Source of the DNA: Nanobdellota archaeon
Lineage (GTDB): Archaea; Nanobdellota; Nanobdellia; Pacearchaeales; GW2011-AR1
DNA: 13,682 nt
Direction: 5' to 3'
Assembly (NCBI GenBank): GCA_038046005.1
Contig: JBBSXB010000014.1
Coordinates: 1-13,682, forward strand
In this document: positions 1-8,300 of the stretch, one piece after another
Layout of the letters: each line of letters opens with the position of its first letter
How positions within the stretch are numbered: position 1 is the stretch's first letter
Program-made: the position numbers and the translations under genes
Notes under the pieces: model-generated
Databases searched by the model: none
What the model was told of the DNA's origin: nothing
What the model saw: the letters and a program-made list of their open reading frames with translations, nothing else

Positions 1-16
1 AATTATTCGAGTTTAT

Positions 17-298
17 CTAGATGCTCCGTAGCTTGCTACGGAGAGGTTCACTTTTCTTTTTTTTATATTTGTCAGATATTGCTCCAACTATTGGTGTTGT
101 GATGCCTCCAAGAAAGATGGAAATACTTACTGCAAAACCCCACCAAAAATCTCCGTTTGATGGGGCTATAACTTCTTTGAAATAAATTGAAAAAATGAAT
201 GACACTACAATTAGAAAATATGATGAGTTGGCAAAATCATAGAGTGCCCAAGAGATAGCTTGTTTTTTATTAACATTTTTGAAGAATTTGCTAAACAT
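17..298 (-). pseudogene. 5' fragment of an MFS transporter (UMF1/Atg22-like), interrupted at about 51/52
   Basis: SWALYDFANSSY and PIVGAISDKY(KKKK) are typical of the UMF1/ATG22 MFS N-terminus and motif A. Only 2 TM helices are encoded, whereas about 12 TM/400 aa is expected. The last 11 residues (SEPLRSKLRSI) are read from the hairpin element. Confidence 0.75.
21..51 (+). mobile_element. Terminal hairpin/end of a probable IS200/IS605-family element; the rest of the element lies left of the window
   Basis: Perfect GC-rich inverted repeat CTCCGTAG(24-31)-CTTG-CTACGGAG(36-43) followed by AGGTTCAC(44-51) in an AT-rich context. A subterminal hairpin plus a short ...TTCAC tail is the IS200/IS605 end architecture. 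It sits exactly where the MFS reading frame stops looking like a transporter. Confidence 0.65.
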
Positions 299-319
299 TA
301 TCCTAACATGGGCGAATAT

Positions 320-353
320 TATTTAAGCTTTTTCCAACAACAATGCTTAAAAA
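320..353. promoter_or_regulatory. Divergent TATA boxes for the MFS gene (CTTAAATA, - strand, 327-320) and RPA (CTTAAAAA, 346-353)
   Basis: Each 8-mer ends 21 nt from its ATG (298 and 375) and has an A-rich BRE-like stretch upstream. Confidence 0.7.
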
Positions 354-374
354 TAATGGTTTTTTATCTGAATA

Positions 375-1322
375 ATGCAAGATGAAAATTATGAGAGGAT
401 TTTGGAAAAAATTTCTAAGACTTCAGGTGTGGCAAAAGAAGAATTGGAAAGAAGGGTTGAAGCAAAAAGGGCAAAACTTTCCAGTCTTATAACTAAAGAA
501 GGCGCTGCGCAAATAATCGCTGCAGAGCTTGGGATTTCTTTTGATAATGAGAAGCTGAAGATTGATGAGCTTTTGCCCGGAATGAGAAAAGTCGGCATTG
601 TCGCCAAGATTGTAAAAATTGGCCCGATAAGAACTTTTACTGCCAAAAACGGGAATGAAAGCAAAGTTACAAATCTGGTTGTTGCTGATGAGACTTCAAA
701 CATAAAAGTTGTTTTGTGGGATACCAACCATATTGCATTAATAGAACAAGGCCTTTTACAAGAAGGCAGCGTCATAGAGGTGGGAAATGCCAGCATAAGG
801 GATGGAGAAATCCATCTTGGGAGTTTTTCAGATTTAAAGCTAAGCAAGGAAATTTTAGAAAATGTGAAGAAAGAAAAAAGTGTCAAAGAAAAGGGAATAA
901 AAGATTTTAGAGTTGGAGATAATCTTAAAACAAGAGCCTTCATTGTGCAAGCTTTTGAACCAAGATTTTTCCATGTCTGCCCAGAATGCAAAAAAAGAGT
1001 TGTTTCTGGTGCAGAAGGATTTATATGCGCTGAGCATGGGAAAGTAGCTTCTGAAAAAAAAGCTTTGATGAATGTTGTCATTGATGATGGAACAGAAAAC
1101 ATAAGGGCTGTTGCATTTCATGAATCCTTGAAAGGTTTGGGAATAACTGAATTAGACAATAGCGAGGCTCTTATATCTCAAAAACAATCTTTACTTGGGA
1201 AAGAAATGGTCTTTTCAGGAAATGTCAGAATGAACAAATTCTTTAATAATCCAGAGTTCATAATTGATGGAATCAATGAGGTTGGTTTGGACGAGATTAT
1301 AATGCAGTTGGAGAAAAATTAA
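375..1322 (+). CDS. rpa: Replication protein A (archaeal ssDNA-binding protein; N-terminal helical domain, OB folds, Zn finger)
   Basis: N-terminal EGAAQIIAAELG; OB fold with VADETSNIKVVLWD; second OB fold carrying CPECKK...CAEH zinc site and IDDGTENIRAVAF. It lies upstream of radA. Confidence 0.9.
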   Translation: MQDENYERILEKISKTSGVAKEELERRVEAKRAKLSSLITKEGAAQIIAAELGISFDNEKLKIDELLPGMRKVGIVAKIVKIGPIRTFTAKNGNESKVTNLVVADETSNIKVVLWDTNHIALIEQGLLQEGSVIEVGNASIRDGEIHLGSFSDLKLSKEILENVKKEKSVKEKGIKDFRVGDNLKTRAFIVQAFEPRFFHVCPECKKRVVSGAEGFICAEHGKVASEKKALMNVVIDDGTENIRAVAFHESLKGLGITELDNSEALISQKQSLLGKEMVFSGNVRMNKFFNNPEFIIDGINEVGLDEIIMQLEKN

Positions 1323-1347
1323 TAAATCCAGTTTAGTTTTTTAATTA

Positions 1348-2202
1348 ATGAACTTTGTTAACACTCTTCCTTACATAAGCAATCCTATAGAAGAATTCTC
1401 TGATTTTAAATTTGTTAGCTGGGAAAAAGAGATTTATCCTAAGTTTAAAGGAACTGTTAAAGAGTCAGAAGCTAACTTTTTTGGAGATTTTATAATTAAA
1501 AATCATTTGAAGAGCGTCATTGATTTTGGGGTTGGTGGAGGTATAGAATTGAGTGGAATAACCGAACACTTAAACAAAAGAGGATATAATCTACACAGCA
1601 TTGAGGCTAATGAAGTTGACGAAGAATTTATCAGGCAGGCAAAGAAGTTATTTAAAGAGAAAAGACAAGAGATTGTTATACATAAATCTAACTGGGTTGA
1701 TTTACCTAAGGCTGATCCTCCTTATACTCATGTTTTTGATTTTGGTTTCTTGACTGGAAATTCTTTAACTTACATTGGGGGTGGAACAAGAGATTACACA
1801 AAAAAAGCACAACAAAGTGTTGTTAGTAAATTTGCTGAATTAATTAAAAAGGGAGGATATCTTTTTATTGATTCTAGAAATTATGATTACATAAGATCAT
1901 TAATGAATCTTCCAATACAAGATGTTCTCAAAAATTTTTCATTTGATTACACTGTTTATTATCATGGAAGCGGTAAAGACATAATGGTTTTTCCCGCTTA
2001 TATCAGCGATACGGTTATTGTTCTGCATTATTACGACAAAAAAAGAAAAATATGGGGCAAACTTGATTTATACCCTATTTATCAAAAAGATATGATTGAA
2101 ATACTAAGTAAGGATTTTGTTATAGAAAAAATTTATCATGATTTTAGGGAAGGCAAGAAAGAAAAAAGTCTTTTTGTTCAGTATTTAGCGAGAAGGAAAT
2201 AA
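1348..2202 (+). CDS. Class I SAM-dependent methyltransferase, glycine/sarcosine N-methyltransferase-like
   Basis: Motif I VIDFGVGGG, plus SNWVDL, LTGNSLTY, KGGYLFIDSRNYDYI, YYHG and IYHDF. These are colinear with GNMT/GSMT motifs as I recall them (ANW/ADW, CLGNSF, PGG..IDxRNYD, YYCG, TYGDF). Confidence 0.75.
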   Translation: MNFVNTLPYISNPIEEFSDFKFVSWEKEIYPKFKGTVKESEANFFGDFIIKNHLKSVIDFGVGGGIELSGITEHLNKRGYNLHSIEANEVDEEFIRQAKKLFKEKRQEIVIHKSNWVDLPKADPPYTHVFDFGFLTGNSLTYIGGGTRDYTKKAQQSVVSKFAELIKKGGYLFIDSRNYDYIRSLMNLPIQDVLKNFSFDYTVYYHGSGKDIMVFPAYISDTVIVLHYYDKKRKIWGKLDLYPIYQKDMIEILSKDFVIEKIYHDFREGKKEKSLFVQYLARRK

Positions 2203-2203
2203 A

Positions 2204-2671
2204 ATGCTACTCAAAACCCATTATCTTATAACTATATTTTTCATTCTTTTGTTTATCCCTATTGTTGAGCATAAGATAATTTTTTTTGTTGTGGCTTTGA
2301 TTGCGACACAGATTCCTGATGTTGATGCAAGATACAGCAAATTGGGCAGCAAAAAGATTGCGAGGATTCTGCAATGGTTTACTAAACATAGGGGAATGAT
2401 TCACAGTTTCACTTTCCTTTTGTCTTTGACAATCATACTTGTCTTGATTTTTCCAATAGCCGGTTTTGGATTTTTCCTAGGATACGGCTTGCATTTGTTT
2501 GCAGATAGTTTCACTCCTGACGGAATAAGGCCGTTTTATCCCTCAAAAAAATCTTCCAGTTGGAAAATAAGAACTGGCGGAAAGATTGAGAAAATTATTC
2601 TAGGCATTTTGGCTATTGCAGATATTGTTTTATTGTTGAAGAGGGTTGGGTTTTATAACTATATTTTGTGA
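2204..2671 (+). CDS. YdjM-like (DUF457) membrane-bound metal-dependent hydrolase
   Basis: Motifs TH, PDVD, HRGMIHS, HLFADSFT.DGI..FYP with hydrophobic segments. It starts 1 nt after the methyltransferase stop. Confidence 0.85.
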   Translation: MLLKTHYLITIFFILLFIPIVEHKIIFFVVALIATQIPDVDARYSKLGSKKIARILQWFTKHRGMIHSFTFLLSLTIILVLIFPIAGFGFFLGYGLHLFADSFTPDGIRPFYPSKKSSSWKIRTGGKIEKIILGILAIADIVLLLKRVGFYNYIL

Positions 2672-2674
2672 GAG

Positions 2675-2689
2675 ATAAATCCTTAAAAA
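2675..2689 (+). repeat. 15-bp direct repeat copy 1 (ATAAATCCTTAAAAA), a BRE/TATA promoter
   Basis: Identical to 3222-3236; the TATA ends 21 nt before ATG 2711. Confidence 0.75.
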
Positions 2690-2710
2690 AGCATAAATCT
2701 TACTTATTTT

Positions 2711-3190
2711 ATGGGCTTAAAATTTTTAACAAGAAGTGTCAAAGCTAGAAAAAAACAGACTCCAGACTTTGTCGGCTCTTGGACTTTAGGAGAAGTCGCA
2801 TTAAATGATGGTTTATTTTATATGTATATTGAGAATCGAGGACGAATTAATTCTAACTCTAAACCTCTGCATATTTCTGGGACAATAGATGATAAGTTTG
2901 GCACATCTCAATTCGATGGTAGTTTAAGTGATGATGAGATTAAATTTTCTAAACTCTATGTTTCAAAAGCACAGAAAAAAGGTGCTGGGGGAGATTTTAC
3001 TGGGCGTGTTGACTATGAAGGGCGTAAGGTAGACGGAATATTTCTAGGGGCATATAGGCTTGAGGGACTCAGTATTATAGGTATTGAAAGGGATTTATGG
3101 AGCGAGGTGAAGGGAAAATTTATCATGTATTCACCAACAAAGGAAAATCAACCTAAAGTAACACATTTTTCTACAACTTCTTCGCATTAA
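2711..3190 (+). CDS. Hypothetical protein, predicted all-beta
   Basis: 159-aa ORF with its own TATA box; Gly/aromatic beta-strand pattern (FVGSWT, ISGTIDD, FDGSL, IKFSKLY, DYEG, FLGAY, GKFIM). Confidence 0.75.
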   Translation: MGLKFLTRSVKARKKQTPDFVGSWTLGEVALNDGLFYMYIENRGRINSNSKPLHISGTIDDKFGTSQFDGSLSDDEIKFSKLYVSKAQKKGAGGDFTGRVDYEGRKVDGIFLGAYRLEGLSIIGIERDLWSEVKGKFIMYSPTKENQPKVTHFSTTSSH

Positions 3191-3221
3191 CTTTATTTTT
3201 TTAAAATATCTCTAACAGACT

Positions 3222-3236
3222 ATAAATCCTTAAAAA
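3222..3236 (+). repeat. 15-bp direct repeat copy 2 (ATAAATCCTTAAAAA), radA promoter
   Basis: Identical to 2675-2689; the TATA ends 20 nt before ATG 3257. Confidence 0.75.
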
Positions 3237-3256
3237 GCTCAGATATATTGATTTTT

Positions 3257-4261
3257 ATGGCAAAAAAAAGTGATGGTGAAGATGAGGAAAAGTCTGAGAA
3301 ATCAAAAGAACCTCAGCTTACTGACCTTCCTGGAATAGGGGCTGCTGTTGCTGCAAAGCTTGAAAGTGCTGGAATTTTTGATTTAATGAGTCTGGCTGTC
3401 ATGAGCCCTAATACTCTTGCTGATGTTGCTGGAGTCGGAAGTGCTGTGGCAAGGAAAGCAATACAGGCCGCAAGAAACATGCTTGACCTTGGATTTGTGG
3501 ATGGTTCTGAATTTGAAGAGAGAAGAAAAAATGTATCTTATATTACAACAGGAAGCAAGTCTTTAAATGATCTTTTAGGTGGCAAAGGTGTTGAAAGCAG
3601 GTCCATTACCGAGGCTTTTGGAGCTTATGGTAGTGGAAAAACACAATTAGGATTATCTCTTTCTGTTAATGTCCAGCTTCCTATAGAACAGGGAGGAACT
3701 AATGGAAAATGTGTTTTTATTGATACAGAAGGAACATTTAGACCTTCAAGAATAAAACAAATTGCTGAGAAGATTGGAGCTAATCCTGAAAAAGTTTTGA
3801 AAAATATTCTAGTTGCTAGAGCTTTTAATTCTGATCATCAAATTTTGCTTTTAGAGAAAGTTACAGAGTTAATTAAAAAGGGTGAGCCAATAAAGCTTAT
3901 GATTATTGATTCATTGACTGCTCATTTTAGGGCCGAGTTTGCGGGAAGAGGGCAGTTGGCAGATAGACAACAAAAACTTAATAGATATATGCATGATTTA
4001 ATGAAACTTGCAGAGACTCATAATCTTGCTGTTTATGTTACTAATCAAGTTATGGCAAATCCTGCTCAGATGTTTGGCGATCCAACAACACCCATTGGGG
4101 GGAATATAGTTGGACATGCTTCAACTTACAGAATGTATCTAAGAAGAGGGAAGCAAGGATCAAGAGTTGCAAAACTTATAGATTCTCCGAACCTTCCAGA
4201 TAACGAATGTGTTTTCTTTGTCACAGATGGCGGAGTTGTTGATGAAGCCAAAGAGGATTGA
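3257..4261 (+). CDS. radA: DNA repair and recombination protein RadA
   Basis: N-terminal HhH (LTDLPGIG), Walker A GAYGSGKT, FIDTEGTFRP, Walker B IIDS, FRAEFAGRGQLADRQQKL, TNQV, GGNIVGH, DSPNLP. No intein. Start moved from TTG 3248 to ATG 3257 on TATA spacing. Confidence 0.97.
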   Translation: MAKKSDGEDEEKSEKSKEPQLTDLPGIGAAVAAKLESAGIFDLMSLAVMSPNTLADVAGVGSAVARKAIQAARNMLDLGFVDGSEFEERRKNVSYITTGSKSLNDLLGGKGVESRSITEAFGAYGSGKTQLGLSLSVNVQLPIEQGGTNGKCVFIDTEGTFRPSRIKQIAEKIGANPEKVLKNILVARAFNSDHQILLLEKVTELIKKGEPIKLMIIDSLTAHFRAEFAGRGQLADRQQKLNRYMHDLMKLAETHNLAVYVTNQVMANPAQMFGDPTTPIGGNIVGHASTYRMYLRRGKQGSRVAKLIDSPNLPDNECVFFVTDGGVVDEAKED

Positions 4262-4263
4262 AG

Positions 4264-4602
4264 ATGATTGGTACCAAATTTTATGAGGTTGTTCGAAATG
4301 TTGGAGAAGATCTTGGCACAGCTCGAGGACGTTTTCGTGAGAATTTGTACAACAATTATTCCAAACCAGTGTATCTTTTTAACAAAATAATAAATTTGAG
4401 TGGTAAAGATCCATCTTTGAGCGCTTATCATGCTGAAGGGTGTAGCATCGCCGTTAGTAAATTTGACTCTGCTGCTTCTGCAGTTATAATTTCTGGAGAG
4501 GATGAAAGAATTCCTAATGCTAAATCTTTATTAGAAGAAATTGCTGAAGCAGAATTAGAAGAAGTTTCTCTTGTATTACTCAAAGAAATTTCCTCAAACT
4601 AA
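4264..4602 (+). CDS. Hypothetical protein
   Basis: ORF directly following radA (ATG 4264, or TTG 4258 overlapping the radA stop). It fills the gap before ndk and has no recognised motif. Confidence 0.7.
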   Translation: MIGTKFYEVVRNVGEDLGTARGRFRENLYNNYSKPVYLFNKIINLSGKDPSLSAYHAEGCSIAVSKFDSAASAVIISGEDERIPNAKSLLEEIAEAELEEVSLVLLKEISSN

Positions 4603-4632
4603 CTCGTCTTTCTTGAACCACAAAGAAATTTT

Positions 4633-5211
4633 TTATAAAAAATCATGAATTGTTTCATAGTCATAAATTTCTTCTGGGCTAAACCATAATTCTATTTCGT
4701 GTTGTGCTTCTTCTTTATTTCCGGATGCATGAATAAGATTTTTTACTGCTCTTTTTTTCATGTTGGCAACATCTGGAGAGTCTATAGAAAAATCTCCCCG
4801 AATTGTTCCTGGCTCTGCAAATGCTGGAACTGTTTGTCCTACTATTTTTCTTACCATTTTTATTGCATGCGACCCTTCAACAACCATTTTTACTATTGGC
4901 CCAGAAGTCATAAAGTCTATAAGCCACTCCCTAACTTTAAGACCTATTTTATAAGAATCTTCGCTTCCATAATCTTTTATTAATGTAGAAGGAATTTCAA
5001 ATTCTTTATAACTTTTTGCAGTGTTGTTTCCTAATCCAGTTACCCACTCCTTTGTCTTTGGATAATGAGCATCCATTTGTTTTTTTGTTGGCCACACCAT
5101 ATTAAGAGCAACAATCTTTAAACCTCTTGATTCAAATCTTCTTGTAACTTCTCCGATTAAATGTCTTTTTACTCCGTCAGGTTTTATCAAAACTAACGTT
5201 CTTTCTTTCAT
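4633..5211 (-). CDS. ndk: Nucleoside diphosphate kinase, long form with internal insertion
   Basis: ERTLVLIKPDGV, FMTSGP, PGTIRGDF, and catalytic NLIHAS; TATA CTTATAAA (5240-5233) 21 nt upstream. Confidence 0.95.
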   Translation of the reverse strand: MKERTLVLIKPDGVKRHLIGEVTRRFESRGLKIVALNMVWPTKKQMDAHYPKTKEWVTGLGNNTAKSYKEFEIPSTLIKDYGSEDSYKIGLKVREWLIDFMTSGPIVKMVVEGSHAIKMVRKIVGQTVPAFAEPGTIRGDFSIDSPDVANMKKRAVKNLIHASGNKEEAQHEIELWFSPEEIYDYETIHDFL

Positions 5212-5259
5212 AAAGAATTTTAGAGAATTTCGTTTATAAGTTTTTTGGAAGTAAAAATG

Positions 5260-5303
5260 TTTATATACTCTAATCCTTTTGTTCTAGGAGAGAAAATGGG
5301 GTT
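5260..5303 (+). promoter_or_regulatory. TATA box (TTTATATA 5260-5267) and SD-like GGGGT for the surface protein gene
   Basis: Consensus archaeal TATA preceded by an A-rich BRE-like stretch. It is 41 nt from ATG 5309, which implies a leader, and GGGGT lies at 5298-5302. Confidence 0.55.
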
Positions 5304-5308
5304 AGAGA

Positions 5309-8300
5309 ATGAAAAAGAGATTGAATAAGAGATTGAATAAGAAGATATTTGTTCTTGGATTATTAAGTATCTTGTTAGTAACCTCTTTATATTTTGTTTT
5401 TGCAGCTCATGTTATCAAAACATCTGCAGGAACAACGGCTTTTTCTGTAAACCAAATAACAAGTAATTTTTACAATTTTTCCGTTAATAATACTGATGCT
5501 GGCCTTAACGCTAATATAACTTTTGTAAACGTAACTTTACCTTTAGAATTTACATATGTTGTTAATACTAATACTACAGACGTTGCGGTTTCAGCATTTA
5601 CAAATATTTCAACTGTATTGAGCTGGTCTAATACGACTTCGATAGCTTATCTTGTTAATGGAAGTGGAAAACAGTTTTTCGGATTTAACGCAACTGCATC
5701 CACGCCTGGAACATACAATATAACTGTTACAACTGTTAATGCAACCAGCAGTTATTCAACAAATTTAAGTGTTACAGTTAATGATACTACTGCGCCCGCA
5801 ATTAATTTTGTTTCCCCAACAACTTTATCAGCTAATACTTTTTATATAAGGAGCAATATAACCTTTAATGTTACATCAAACGATAGCGTTGGAATTGGTA
5901 CAATTAATGCAACCCTTTACAACTCAAACAATGTATTAATTAATTCTTCAGCATTATCTTCTTCCCCATTTGCAGGCACATTTGCTGGTTTGGGTGATGG
6001 AATTTATTATCTTAATGCGAGTGTAAATGATACTAGCGGGAACACTAATTCAACTTCTACTTTGAAGATTATTCTTGCTTCAAACAGCTTTGAGTTTAAT
6101 GGAACTGTTTATGATACTGAGGGAAATGCCTTGAATAATTCTCTTATTAACATTAGTGTCAGGGATACGTCAAATCAGTTTAGCGTTGTGGGTTATATTT
6201 CAACTACTACAAATTCTTCAGGATGGTTTAATTTGAGCATTTACCAAGAAATTACAAATTCAACATGGATGTATCAGCCTGTTATGACTCTTACAAATTC
6301 AACCTCAAATTATGTTCAATATATTGGGCAGAGTTTACCTGCATTTCCAGGTATGATAATCCAGCAAATTGCAGGAACAAAGTTTTATCTTAAAGAAGCA
6401 GGAACACTGAATATTACTGCAGTCAATGCGACGGGAGCAAGCGTGCCCTTTAAGTATCAGATTAAAGACATCAAGCTTGGTTATCCTATTGCAGAAGAAT
6501 TTCAAAATGATGTTACCCAAAAAACAATTTATGTTCCCAAAGACAGGAATTACTCAATAATGATTTTTCCTAATGCAAGCATGCCTGTGAGTTTTGAATG
6601 GAATAATTTTTCAGCCACAACTGATTATACTCTTTCAGATAGTTTTTCCAATTATAATAACTCTACGAAAACTCTCCACAAAAGGTTTAATATTTCTATG
6701 AGTTATGTGAGGCTTTATGGCTATGTTAATGCTTCAGGTGTTTCAGGATGGAATAATTTCACTGTTGTTGCTTATATGCTTGAGCCGGGAGACATGGTGC
6801 ATGCAGAACGTGGAGCAATTCCTTACAATTTAAGTGCATTTTTTGTAGTCGGTGGAACTGATATTTATAATAATTCTAATGGTTTTTACAACATATCTTT
6901 GCCTTCAACAGCTGAAATATCAAGTTTGATGCTTTTTGCTACAGGAACTAATAATTCTGTTGCTTATGGAAGCTTGATGAATGTGAGTTTTAATTCAACT
7001 GCTTCTCCTGCAGGATTTAATATCTCAAGAAATTTTACAATGTACAGGCTTTTAGGAAGTCCAGCGACAATTAGCCTGAATAATTTAGGGGGAAATACCT
7101 TTAATGTTTCAACTGCAATGTACTCTTTTGGATTGATTAACAGCTCTAATGTAACTCTTAGCAATATTAATGCTCATTCAGAGATAACTGTTGATTACTC
7201 TTCTAATATAAGCGGTATAAGGTCTTTTACATGGATTGCTGATGTTGGACAAGGCTCTTCAAGCAGTTTGCAAGCTCCTTTACTTAATATTTCTTCTATA
7301 GGAATTAAAGAGATAAATGTTTTTGCTGGAGGAGGAAATTATGCTCCTAAAAGAACAACTTTCACAAATGCACAACTGCAGTCTGCAAGAAACATTACAA
7401 CTTCAAGTTTTAATCCTGGAAAAATTGATGGATCTTCGCTTTCTGGTTTAAAAATAGCTTTATTCAAGTCAAATTTAACTTGCGATGTTCCTAATCCTTC
7501 ATCTGCTTGTGTTTTAGGTTCAACAGAAGATACTGGCGGTGAGAGTTTTAGTAATTTTAACCCAATGAAATCTGTTATGGGCGGAGGAAAAATTAGCTTT
7601 AGAATGGGGCTTTTATCGTCAGGAATTATTGTCCACTATGTTAATGTTGATATGCTGGCTTCAGGACCTCCTGATGCTTTATTTGATGATTCTGCAACAA
7701 CCTCTACTTCAGGAAGTTTTGAGAGTGCAATGAGGTTTGGGAGCAATGGGCCTACAATTTATGATTATGTGATTGTAAGTATGCCTTATACGGAAGGAAA
7801 TTCTTCAACCACAGGATTAAGTGAGTCAGGACAGGTTAACATAAGCATTCCCTTGTTTTATGATGAGAGCTGGGGTGTGATATGGAATGCAACAGCTAAT
7901 GGAACTAATGGAACTTATCTTTCAGGGAATAACAGCCATTATTCAACATATAGTTCTCAGTGGGAAACATTGATGAGAAATAATACATGCGTAACAGATG
8001 TTAGTATTTTTAACTCTACAAATCCCTGTTACATAAATACAACATCAAATAGAATTTGGATAAGGCTTCCTCATTTCTCCGGAACACAACCTTCAATTAC
8101 TGGAAGCGTAATTACTGCTACGGCCACTACAACATCAAGCTCTTCTTCAAGTGGTGGGGGCAGTTCTTCAAGCAGCAGCGGAGTCACTTATACAGTTAGT
8201 GAATCTCAATTTTTACAAGGCTATTCCAGAAATCTTGTGACTAAGGACAAATTAAAGTTTAATGTTTCAAACGAAAGCCATACGTTAGAAGTTACGAGTA

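Noticed and set aside
24-51. CRISPR repeat
   Set aside because: Single copy in the window, with no spacer periodicity or cas genes.
24-65. Hairpin plus T-run as a simple intrinsic terminator
   Set aside because: The T-run is the antisense of MFS lysine codons and is separated from the stem by AGGTTCAC; the IS-end interpretation also explains the gene truncation. A dual role is not excluded.
389-1102. 237-aa antisense ORF
   Set aside because: It lies wholly opposite rpa; the F/S/L-rich composition is the mirror of K/E-rich codons; no promoter at the usual spacing.
1322-1329. Third ATAAATCC copy as part of a shared operator
   Set aside because: Only 8 bp, in a different register relative to the TATA and ATG; likely chance in AT-rich DNA.
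5296-5328. Short out-of-frame uORF (MGLENEKEIE*) overlapping the surface protein start
   Set aside because: The ATG is explained by the adjacent SD-like GGGGT; no other evidence of translation.
8110-8185. T/S/G low-complexity stretch as a DNA repeat element
   Set aside because: Codons are mixed; it is a protein-level flexible linker.
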